Assembly (NCBI RefSeq): GCF_006345805.1
Contig: NC_042999.1
Span: forward strand, 132,742,001-132,806,000
From: Octopus sinensis
Taxonomy: Eukaryota
Direction: 5' to 3'
Length of the DNA stretch: 64,000 nucleotides
How positions within the stretch are numbered: the first letter of the stretch is position 1; each line of letters starts with the position of its first letter. Shown piece after piece: positions 53,221 through 64,000 of the stretch. Below the pieces are notes generated by a model. The model saw nothing but the letters and a program-made list of their open reading frames with translations, was not told the origin of the DNA and made no database searches. The position numbers and the translations under genes were made by a program.

Positions 53221-53999
53221 GTATATATGTATTTGAATATTTGAATATATGTTGCTAAAGGTGGTGCCCAATCATAGCCATTCTTTAGACTGAAACGCAT
53301 AAAAGAATGAATAGGTCACTCAAGTGACTAACATGAGGATCGTATCTTTATTGGTTAGAGTGCAGATGGAGTCTTGTAATTGACAGGAAATGTTGTTTTC
53401 GATTTTTTGTCTATTTTTGGCTTCTTGTCTTTGTTGTTGTCTTGCTCCAGATCAGCCCTGATTGAGGAAATTTATGATCAAATGCAATCCTAGTCTGATT
53501 AACCAGCCTCTCTTAGAGCAATCATGGGCAGTGCGGCTTGCGGGACTTCCTAAATGGCACGCCGGAGAATAAAATTATTTGAATTTTTCTTATTAGGGCG
53601 GCCTGCTTGAACACGTGCCATATCTGATGCAGCCCGCTTCAATACTATCATCGCAACTGCTTGCACTACTCTCACCACCGCTAGCACAAGTACTACAACA
53701 CCACCACCAGTGCCACCACCATCACCACCACCACCACCACCACCACCACCAGGTGTCGGCTTTTTTTGTAATCCGTTACAATTATGATTCAGTTGAATTA
53801 GATACTTAATTTGAGGCACCTTGTTTAGGTCGGAGTAAGATACACACCCAAATGATATTAAGTGAATAACAAATTCAGTGTAGAAGTGCCAGCACCTGAT
53901 ATTCTTGCAGTGTATGCAGATAATGCAACCCAGCCTAATATAGAGATCCTCTCTTGGCTATTCAGATTTTACTTTACATTAAAATACTTTCTATAATAT

Positions 54000-54327
54000 T
54001 TCCGAAGCGCAGATTTTAGGATAGGTGAATAAAGTATAAATAAGTAACAAAGAGGTGCAGGTAACAATTCATTACGGCCGTTTCAAGCGATTCCTTTAAT
54101 TGATTAATGAAAACATTACATCATTGCAAAGAAATCTTTTTTCGTCAGATGACTGCGTGAGCTTCAAACATAAAGGACAATTCGACTGGTTTAACAGTCA
54201 CAACTCCACAGAGGAAACGGTTTCTTTGCAATGATGTAGTGTTTTCACTCATCAATTAAAAGAGTTGCTTGAAACGGCCGTAATGAATTAACACCTCTGC
54301 CTCTTTGTTACTCATCTATACCTTATA
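54000..54327. mobile_element. Foldback Penelope-like element with hammerhead
   Basis: Arms ~54030-54136 / 54220-54326; minus 54069-54152 TCAT CTGACGA..GATTTCTTT..AAAGGAATC..GAAA CGGCCG TA ATGA. Confidence 0.75.
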
Positions 54328-54329
54328 TA

Positions 54330-54453
54330 AGTGGCTGTGTGGTAAGAAGCTTGCTTCCCAACAATATGATTCCAGGTTCAATCTCACTGCATGGCACTTT
54401 GGGCAAGTGTCTTCTACTATAACCTCGGGACGACCAAAGCATTATGAGTGGAT
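54330..54453 (+). mobile_element. SINE family A 5' fragment
   Basis: GTGGCTGTGTGGTAAGAAGCTTGCTTCC... Confidence 0.8.
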
Positions 54454-55330
54454 GTGGTGGTGGTGGTGATTGTAATGATGTGGTAGTTGTGGTGATGGTA
54501 GTGATTGTGGTGGTTGTGGTTGCGATGATGATAGTGGTGGTTGTGGTGATGGTGGTGATTGTGGTGGTGGTGATGGTAGTGGTGGTGGCAGTGGTGGTGG
54601 TTGTGGTCGTGACGGTGGTGATGGTGATTGTGGTGGTGGTGGTTGTGGCGGTGGTGTTTGTTGTGGTGTTGGTGGTAGAAATGAAAATTATGGTTGTAGT
54701 GGTGGTGCTGGCTGCAGTGGTGGCGGTGGTGTATGATAGTATTTCTGCTAGTAGAGGTCATAGTAGTGCTAGTGGTAATTGTTGTTGCGATAGCAGTATT
54801 GATAATTGTAACAGGATTATTGGAGGTGGCGGTGGGGGTTTTGTCGTGGTGGTACCATGGTAGAGTAGTGATCGTGATCGGGCTAATGGCGAAAGTAGTA
54901 GTACTATTGATAGTGGTGGTAGTATCAGTGGCAGTAGTAGCCGCGCATTGGTTTTTGTAGTAGTAGTAGTAATTGTATTAGTAGTTGTAATAGTAGTTGT
55001 ATTAGTAGTAGTAATAATAATAGCAGTAGCGACAGTAGTAATAGTAATAATTGTAATAGTAGTAATAGTAGTAGTATTAGTAGTAGAAACAATAGTAGTA
55101 ATACCAGTAATAGTAGTAGTAGTAGCAGTAATTGTATTAAAAGTTGTAATAGTAGTAGTAGTAGTAGTAGTAATAGTAATAGCTGTAGCAACAGTAGTAA
55201 TAGTAATACTTGTAGTAGTAGTAGTAGTAGCGCTGTAAATGTATTAGTAGTTGTAATAGTAGTTGTAGTAGTAGTAACAGTAATAGCAGTAGCAACAGTA
55301 GTAATACTAGTAATTGTACAAGTAGTAATA

Positions 55331-55370
<40 letters not shown>

Positions 55371-56110
55371 CAGCAGCAACAGTAGTAATAGTAGTAATTG
55401 TAGTAGTAGTAGAAATAGTGGTCGTAGTAGAAGTAGTAGTGGCAGTAGTAATAGTAGTAGTAGTAATAGTGGTCGTAGTAGTAGTAATATTAGTAGCAGT
55501 AGTAGAAATAGTAGTAGTAGTTGTAGTAGTAACAGTAGTAGCTGAAGTAGTAGTTGTTGCGATTGAGTAGCGTGGTTTTAATGGTGGTGGTGCATAGTAG
55601 TGGCTGTTGCTGTGGTAGTGCTAGTATTATTGGTGGTGTGGTGATAGTATTGGCGGTAGTAGTATTGATGTCTCTACTCTAGTAGTGTCGTTATTGTTGT
55701 CGTTGTTGTTAATGGTGTTTAACGTATTCGTAGTGGTGGTGGTGGTGGTGGTGGTGGTGGTGGTGGTAGTGGTGGTAGTTGTTGTAGTGGTGATTGTGGT
55801 GTATCACATAGTTGATGATGATGATCATCATGTGCTTGTTGATGATGATAATGATGAAGATGATGAGGATGAGGGGGATGATGATGATGATGATGGTGAT
55901 GTTCATAATGATGTTCATGTGATTATGAAGACGTTCATGATGATGATGATGATGATGATGACGATGAGGAGGAGGAGGTTAGTTGTCAGACTGCGTCGTT
56001 GGTTGTAGTGGTGTGGTATAGGTGGTAGTGGTTACAAGGGTGGTGGCAGCAGCATTGATAAAGATGTCGGTTGTCATATTGACGGTGATATTGGCGGTGG
56101 CCGTTGCGGT
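54453..56110. repeat. ~1.6-kb degenerate (GTG)n/(GTA)n/(GAT)n tract
   Basis: Direct reading. Confidence 0.9.
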
Positions 56111-56511
56111 AGCGAAGGAGAAAGTTTATGGATGAAAGAAAGGAGAATAATTGAGAAAAGATATGTGAATTTGTGTGATTAGGAAAAAGGAAGAAATAAT
56201 ATAAGGTGTAATAATATCGTAAATTAACTAGCATCTTGCTTTAGAGGAAGGAAAATTTAGTAAAGAACCTTGCTTATTGTCAGCGGACGAAGATCTTATC
56301 GTAATGCCGACGATTGAAAAGACTAGAGCTATAGGAGGACAAGCTGTGCTCGTAAAGTACCCAATTTATATGTCACATTCCAATTACAAACACAGACACA
56401 CTTATTCCTTGCCAAATTTGGTTCTCTCTTAGATTTGCAAACAAATTCGAAACATAAACAAAAAGAACTACAGAGTTTTCGAAAGAAAATGAAGAGAAAC
56501 TTTGAGAGCGA

Positions 56512-56550
<39 letters not shown>

Positions 56551-56604
56551 GGGGGAGGGAGAGAAGACAGAGAAGAATGAACAAAAAGAGAGACGATGAA
56601 AAGC

Positions 56605-56639
<35 letters not shown>

Positions 56640-57701
56640 AGTGAGTGAGTGAGTAAGTGAGAGGACGAAGATAGAGAAATTGGAATTGAGAGAGAGTTTG
56701 TGAAAGATGGAAGCAAAAAGAAGACAAAAAATGGCAGCAGTATTTCTTTCTGGAGAAATATTTATGAGAGGAGAGTCCATAACTTTTCCATAATGGTTTC
56801 TGTAAATCAAAACCTGTTTTGCAAGCTAAGAAATTGTTTTGGGGAGGTGGTGCTGTCTTAACATTTGTGGGGATGGCTGGTGCAGATGGTTTATAGTAGA
56901 AGTGGTGGTGCCTTCGAGAGGGAGGGTGGAGCAGAGGCAGATCGCTGCTGGTGGTGGTGGTGATATTGGTGTTGGTGTTGGGGTTGAGTGTGGCGAGAGG
57001 GCGGGGCGGCGCGGCGCGGCGCGGCGAGAAAAGAAGAGAGGCAGTCTTGGCATTTTCTTTCATATAAATATAAGAGAATAGTTTGGTGACTGTTGTTGTT
57101 GTCGTCGTTGTCGATGTCGTCGTCGTTGTTGTTGTGTTGTTGTTGTTGTTACTATTTGTGTGTGTTTGGTGAGAGGGTTGGGTGTAGCGGCGGGAATTGG
57201 TACAGCGATGGAGATGGTGTTGGAGAGGAGAGGGAATTACGTGATGATGATGATTACGGTGGTGGTGGTGGTGGTGCAGTTGCTGCTGCTGATAGCGGGG
57301 TTTTGGACATAAACGACTCGGAAGCAAATGAAATCGTTTAGAAATAGAAAGTAAGAGACAGAGAGAAATAAACGGGTGAGGAGGTGAGGTGGGGAGAAAA
57401 TGAAACGCTAGGAGTAAAAACAGAGGGAGAGAAGGAGAAGGTAGAGGGGAGTGAGAGAGACAGGAAGTACGGGGATGAGGATAGAGAGCGGGCGATAGTG
57501 AGAGAGTGGAAAAGAGGAGAGAAGTGAATCGGAGAGCGGGAGAGATAGACAGATTGGCATATAAATAGATAGATAAATATATATATATAGATAGATAGAT
57601 AGATAGATAGATAGAGAAGAGAGAGAGAGAGAGAGAGAGTTATGGAAAGTCATTATATATATACATATGTACACGCATACATACACGAACTAGCACCACC
57701 C

Positions 57702-57754
<53 letters not shown>

Positions 57755-57759
57755 TAAAT

Positions 57760-57797
<38 letters not shown>

Positions 57798-57836
57798 AGA
57801 AAGAGGGACATATATATTATGTATACACGTACATAG

Positions 57837-57936
57837 NNNNNNNNNNNNNNNNNNNNNNNNNNNNNNNNNNNNNNNNNNNNNNNNNNNNNNNNNNNNNNNN
57901 NNNNNNNNNNNNNNNNNNNNNNNNNNNNNNNNNNNN
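57837..57936. other. Assembly gap (100 N)
   Basis: Run of N. Confidence 1.
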
Positions 57937-57964
57937 ACATACATACATACATACATACATACAT

Positions 57965-58085
57965 ACAAACAAACTAAATACCCTGTCGTTGATGTTGAAA
58001 TTCCAATGAAGGATCTTTGGATCTAGGTTAGAAACTGGTTATTTCTATGTTGTAAGAAATCTTGACAGAAACTGAATGATTACTA
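57965..58085 (+). mobile_element. Short element with decayed hammerhead-like motif (57997-58045)
   Basis: GAAATT CCAATGA...GAAA CTGG TT ATTTC, between (TACA)n tracts. Confidence 0.35.
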
Positions 58086-58181
58086 CATACATCCATACAT
58101 CATACATACATACATATTATAGACATATATATATATATACATCATATATATATATACATATATATATATACATATATATAT

Positions 58182-58244
<63 letters not shown>

Positions 58245-58245
58245 C

Positions 58246-58309
<64 letters not shown>

Positions 58310-58312
<3 letters not shown>

Positions 58313-58470
58313 AAATCCCAAAACGAAATATGTCTATTATGTATATATATATAACAAATCCCAAAACGAAATATGTATATTATATGTATATATATATATA
58401 ACAAATCCCAAAACGAAATATGTATATATATGTATATATATATATAACAAATCCCAAAACGAAATATGTA
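58310..58470. repeat. Four-copy tandem of CAAATCCCAAAACGAAATATGT with (TA)n spacers
   Basis: Period ~43-47 bp. Confidence 0.9.
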
Positions 58471-58754
58471 TATATATATGTTATATATATATATATATAT
58501 TATAATATATATATATATTATATATATATATTTGTGCAGATACACGCATGTGTAATAGTATATACATATTAATACATATGTGTGTTCTTGCATAGATATG
58601 AATATAGATATAAATCTGTGAAATGAATGATGTACTGCTATTGATGGCCATGTTTTAGACATTCGCTATCAACTCGTCAGGATTAATTATATCTTTCATA
58701 AAATATTACTAATAACTTGAAGCTCGCGAAATTGAACTAGAGCTAATATCACTT

Positions 58755-58890
58755 ACAAATTTTGGCACAAGGTCAGCAATTTCAGGCAAAGTCGACCTCG
58801 ACGGAATTTGAACTCAGAAAGTAATGACGGACGAAATGCCGCTTAGAATTTTGCCCGGCGTGCTAACGATTCTGCCAGTTCGCCGCCTTA
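58755..58890 (-). mobile_element. SINE family B, internally deleted
   Basis: GGCAAAGTCGACCTCGACGGAATTTGAACTCAG...GCCAGTTCGCCGCC. Confidence 0.8.
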
Positions 58891-59924
58891 ACCTGAGGTA
58901 ATATCACCAGTAAACCAGGACTGCTACACAGTTTCTAACCCTACTTGAAGCTATTCCATTTAATTTTATTGATGTTGCTTTTGAAAAAAAACAAAAAAAA
59001 AACGTAAGAGTTCCTACTTTGTTAGAATTTCCACGAATTTCGTTTGTCGTTAAAAGCTCCCCAAATACCTGCTCATTAAACCCATATCATTATCACATTA
59101 GTTCATGCACCACTCCTCGAGTAATCCACCTAAACACGAGTCACACTGACTTTATCCAATTGTCTGCCAACCTAATTTCCAAATAAAGGGGCATATTTGA
59201 TGCTATGACTAACACTTACAGTGAGGCATGCTCGCTTTTATGGGGTGTCAATAAACTGAACTTACTTGATAGATGATTTATAAACGACTTAGATTATTAT
59301 AAACGTCCCGAATATTTATATGTATTGTGATATGATGGAAGTATGACTCACAGACGCTTATGAGATCGTCTGAGTAATTATGTTATCTAGGCATTCTCTG
59401 TATTGCATTAGATTGATGTATATGACCCTCGTTAATGTGGACTTTTCAAATGGGCTAACTATAATCCCCTATACTATCTTCTGTGGGTATTTCGCCATTA
59501 TGAAATTTAGTATATATGTGTGTGTGTATGTGCATATGTTGAATATGTTTGTGCATATGCATGCATGCATAATATATATATATATATATATGGGTATGTA
59601 TGTGTATGTATATGTTTATATTTATATATATATATTGCTATGTGCGTGTGTATATATATATTGATATATGCGTGTATAGATAAATAGAGATAGATATATC
59701 TTTATATATATGTATATATATATAAATGAGTGCGTGTGTGTGTGTGTGTCTGTCTATATTAATTTCTTTTTCCATCTCCCTCCCTTTCTCTCTCTCGTTT
59801 TCTCTCTCCCTCCATACACACACAAACACATACATACACATATAAAGGGAGAAAGAATGAAAGAGAAAGAGAGGGAGAGAGAGAGAAAACGAACGAGTGA
59901 GAGAGAGAGAGGAAAGGAAGAGAA

Positions 59925-59956
<32 letters not shown>

Positions 59957-60580
59957 TAGTGTGTGTCTATGTGAGTGACTGAGTGAAAGGGAGATAGAGG
60001 TAGATAGATAGATAGAGAGAGAGAGATAGAGAGAGTGTGTGTGTGTGTGTGTGTGTAAGTGATGGAGTGGAGAGTGAGATCTGGACAAATGGGAGTTGGT
60101 TAGGAGGACTGGGTTAATGCAGTTGTGCTTGGCTATGAAGAGATAGAATATGGAGTAGGGAAAAAAAGCTTGAAAACTGTCGTTATACGTCATCTATATA
60201 TTTCATCTGTGCAACAGTCCGATATGTGAACTGGATGGATTCAGTGGCTCGTCGAGGGATGCTCGTCTTCTCATAAGTCATTTCTCTTTTGTTTTTTTTT
60301 TAATAGCAAATGGATAGTTTGCTACGATAAACGTGTTACTGTTGAGAGAGATGTGTAAAGAGATGAATTATTATTTCACCGAGATCTTTTGTATCATATT
60401 CATAGTACGAATATTTATATATATATATATACATACACACACACACAAACACACACACACACCACACACACACACACTCAGACACATATAAAAACACACG
60501 CATAACATGAATATATTGATGTATATGCATATCTATCTATCTATCTATCTATCTGTCTATCTGTTTATCTGTCTATCTGT

Positions 60581-60663
<83 letters not shown>

Positions 60664-60948
60664 GTAAAATGAGGCACATGTCTATCTATGTATGTAAGTG
60701 TGTATACGCCTGCGTATGAGAATATATATTTGTATTTTTTTAGTGTGTGTATGCTTGTGTATATTGACGATTCAAATTTATATGTACGCTCACCATAGAT
60801 TCACAAGCATGCTCATACACACCTATATATATGTATATATGTACATGCATTTATATATGTTTGCATGTACATACATTTATATATGTCGTTTGCAAATATA
60901 TACGCATGTATGCATATACATATATATGTGTGTGTGTATGTGTGTAAG

Positions 60949-60979
<31 letters not shown>

Positions 60980-61350
60980 TGTAGTAAGTAGCTTGCATAC
61001 CAACCACATGGTTCCGGGTTCAGTCTCACTGCGTGGCACAGTGGGAAAGTGTCTACTACTATAGCCTCAGGCCGACCAAAGCTTTGTGAGTGGATTTGGT
61101 AGACGGAAACTGAAAAGAGCCCGGCGTATATATATATGTATATGCTTGTGTGTCTGTGTTTGTGCTCCACCATCGCTTTACAACCGATGTCGGTTTATTT
61201 ACGTCCCTGTAAACTAGCGGTTCGGCAATACAGACCGATAGAATAAGTACTAGGCATTCAAAGAGTAAGCCTTGGGGCTCGATTTGTTCGACTAAAGGTG
61301 GTGCTCCAGCATGGCCGCGGTCAAATGAATGAAACAAGTAAAGGAATAAA
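60980..61350 (+). mobile_element. SINE family A
   Basis: Diagnostic blocks present. Confidence 0.9.
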
Positions 61351-61351
61351 A

Positions 61352-61385
<34 letters not shown>

Positions 61386-61681
61386 CCTTCGAAACACGCC
61401 TGAGTTAACTAGCGACAGCTGATGACGGTGGATTTTTCCTTGTGTAGCTTGTCCTGTACTTGTTTTCTTGTTGTAAAAAAATTTTTTGGATTTTTCCTTG
61501 TGTAGCCTGTCCTGTACTTGTTAAATTTTTGTTTTTCCCGTTTCTACGTCTTGTCGTGGCGTCCTGTACTTACGTATATTTATTTATATATGCATGTATA
61601 GATACATGTAGATGTAGGTACGTACATATATGTTTGTATGTATGCATATATTTTTAATTATCACATATATATATATATAAT

Positions 61682-62010
61682 AAAATATTAGGGAATAAAT
61701 CCAAACTTACAGGGAAACATCAGATTTAGGATTAAATCCAGTTTTATAGTAAAATATATTATATTATATTATATTAAATTAGAGATAAAACCACTATTAG
61801 GCAAATCAAACAATGAAAAACATAAGCCAATACATAAAATTGATTAATTTATATTATTTTAAATATATATCAAAAGTATTAAAAGTTTAGTAAAAGATAA
61901 AGAGTAAAACACTACGATCGTTTCATGGCTGTACAATTCGTAATAATTCGAGTTATGGTTACAGTCAATCTTCAGGTTAATTGAAATATTTATCTTAGCG
62001 AGGTTATATG
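61682..62010 (-). mobile_element. Penelope-like element with hammerhead (61907-61980)
   Basis: Minus: AAC CTGAAGA TTGACTGTA...TACAGCCAT GAAA CGATCG TA GTG; relatives at 51675 and 34165. Confidence 0.65.
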
Positions 62011-62014
62011 TAAC

Positions 62015-62215
62015 CTCGTGAGCACCGCCAGCAATTTTTTCCCTCTGTCTTCCCTTCTCGGGATCTTTCCTTCTCCTTTGTTTCCGACGAAGAGCTCCGC
62101 TCGAAACGTTAAACCCTCCTTCTTCCCTCCTTTCCTGAGCGTCCAATAATACTTTATTTGTTCCACGTCCTCGCGTTGCTGTGTTTTTTTGTGTTTTCTT
62201 GTTTGGATTAACTAT
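62015..62215 (+). mobile_element. Short Penelope-like element with minimal hammerhead (62080-62114)
   Basis: GTTT CCGACGA A GAGC TCC GCTC GAAA CG TT AAAC; ends in (TA)n. Confidence 0.65.
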
Positions 62216-62824
62216 ATATATATATATATTTATATATATATAGAGAGAGATGTATATATGTATATGTAGACCGATAAGTAGATAGATAGATAGATATATA
62301 GATAGATAGATAGATAGACACATCTATCTGTTTATCTGTCTCCTATCTATCTATAGGTGCCTCTCTCTCTCCCTCTCTCTCTCACACACACACACACACG
62401 CACACACACACACACTCTCTCTCTTATATCTATTTATCTAAATATACATACACTCTCTCATACATGTATATGAATGAATGTATATATATGTATGTTTGAA
62501 TCTTTGAGTATCAGTACGTTTATGCACTTATAAGTATTTACGATGTTATTTAAATCCTATCTGTATAAATTTATCAGACTTTTGTCGTTGCTCCCAGGTC
62601 CCTATATCTTAATTTATCATTATCCAGTTATTAAGCGCTTTTGTGATCTTCTGTTTCGGATGAGACTAGAGTATATCATATTTAAATTTCATATGTCGAA
62701 TGTCACCCCGACGCACACAAACATGCATACATAAATACATACATACATATAGACAGAAAGACAGAAATAAATACATAATTACACACGTAATCACACACAC
62801 ACACACACACACACCACAGACATA

Positions 62825-62879
<55 letters not shown>

Positions 62880-62884
<5 letters not shown>

Positions 62885-63025
62885 CCGCGCCAACGCACGG
62901 TTGCAACACCCTATGGTCATAACTCCAACCGTGTTTTTTCTGCTGTGATTTTTTGCTACCCAGGTATCGGTTAAACTTTTGAATAATCCGTAACAAGATA
63001 ATTCATCTTTCCATTTCAACAAACA
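62880..63025 (+). mobile_element. 3' end of the 14500-14826 element family, in (TA)n
   Basis: TCCGCGCCAACGCACGGTTGCAACACC...GGTATCGGTTAAACTTTTGA matches 14685-14825. Confidence 0.8.
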
Positions 63026-63409
63026 TATATATATATATATATATCTATATATATATATATATATATCTGTATACACTCACACAGTGTGGGTGTGTTCTAT
63101 CTATTTATCTCTCTCCATACACACATACATACACTGTGTGCCCAGTGTGTGTGGGTGTGTATGTACATATTTGTGTGTATAAGCATGTACATATGTAGAT
63201 ATATATGTGTGTGTATATATATGTTTGTGCGTGAGTGTGAGTGTAAATGCTTGCGCATGCGCATATCTGAATGTGTGTTTATGGTATATGTGTGCAAGTG
63301 TGAGAATATAAATGACACATTGGAGGTGAATCAAGCGACATGATTTCAGGATAGACCTGTACTCGTCATTCAAAGATCGGTTAACCAACAACATATGTTT
63401 TATATATGA

Positions 63410-63812
63410 TAGGTGCAGACGTAGCAGTGTAGTAAGAAGCTTGCTTCCCAACCACATGGTCGTTGGTTCAGTCCCATTGCGTGGCACAGTGGGCAAGTAT
63501 CTTCTAGCATAGCTTCGACCCGACCAAAGCCATGTGAGTGGATTTGGTAGACGGAAACTGAAAGAAGCATGCTATGTGTTGTTTATATCTATGTGTGTAT
63601 CTTTGCGTCTGTGTTTGTCCGCCCATCACCGCTTGAAAACCGGTGTTGGTGTGTCTTTACGTCACCGTAACATAGCGGTCCGGCAAAAGAGTCTGATAGA
63701 ATAAGTACTAAGCTTAAAAAAATAAGTCCTGGGGTCGATCTGTTCAACTAAAACACTTCAAAGCGGTACCCCAACATAGCTGCTGTCATATGACTGAAAC
63801 AAGGAAAAGAAT
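63410..63812 (+). mobile_element. SINE family A, full length
   Basis: Diagnostic blocks present. Confidence 0.9.
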
Positions 63813-64000
63813 ATAGTACAGTCGTGAGTTTAAGAATTTCTCACTGCACTACTTGGTTCGAGATACGAACTCATTGCACGACACCTTGAGCAAGTGTTTT
63901 CTACCATATTCTTATTTTATAGACTCGAAAGGATAAAAGACAAAAGATGACATCATTAGGATTTGAACTCAGGGCATAAAGCGCCGGAATATATAGCGCA

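Noticed and set aside
56329-57327. 332-aa minus-strand ORF with His/Thr runs resembling a transcription-factor N-terminus
   Set aside because: Crosses (CT)n tracts, has a non-ATG start and no recognisable domain or hexapeptide; better read as non-coding
57979-58003. TACCCTGT resembling the miR-10 5' end
   Set aside because: Match stops after 8 nt and there is no pre-miRNA hairpin; lies within a repeat
58310-58470. CRISPR-like repeat-spacer pattern
   Set aside because: Spacers are only (TA)n, eukaryotic context, no cas genes
61383-61435. GAAACACG...CTGATGA as a permuted (type II) hammerhead
   Set aside because: No convincing helix II or III and no NUH site; probably a decayed repeat fragment

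Overview
AT-rich, microsatellite-saturated eukaryotic DNA with no recognisable host protein-coding exon. The SINE families and repeat landscape look like a coleoid cephalopod (Octopus-type) intergenic or intronic region (inference). Almost all ORF-track entries are microsatellite artefacts. Real content: about 20 copies or fragments of one tRNA-derived SINE plus several other SINE families; decayed LINEs (R4/Dong with REL endonuclease, RTE, CR1, an L1/Tx1-like ORF1); Tc1/mariner relics and MITEs; Helitrons; and Penelope-like RT and GIY-YIG relics. The most striking signal is about 15 short elements from several sequence-unrelated families, mostly sitting in (TA)n and often folded back as long inverted repeats. 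They carry type I hammerhead-ribozyme motifs with palindromic helix III, including an A3-U8 compensatory core variant and several U4C variants. A few unique-sequence islands rich in Hox/Pbx-type sites may be enhancers. Coordinates were read by eye, so element ends are approximate.
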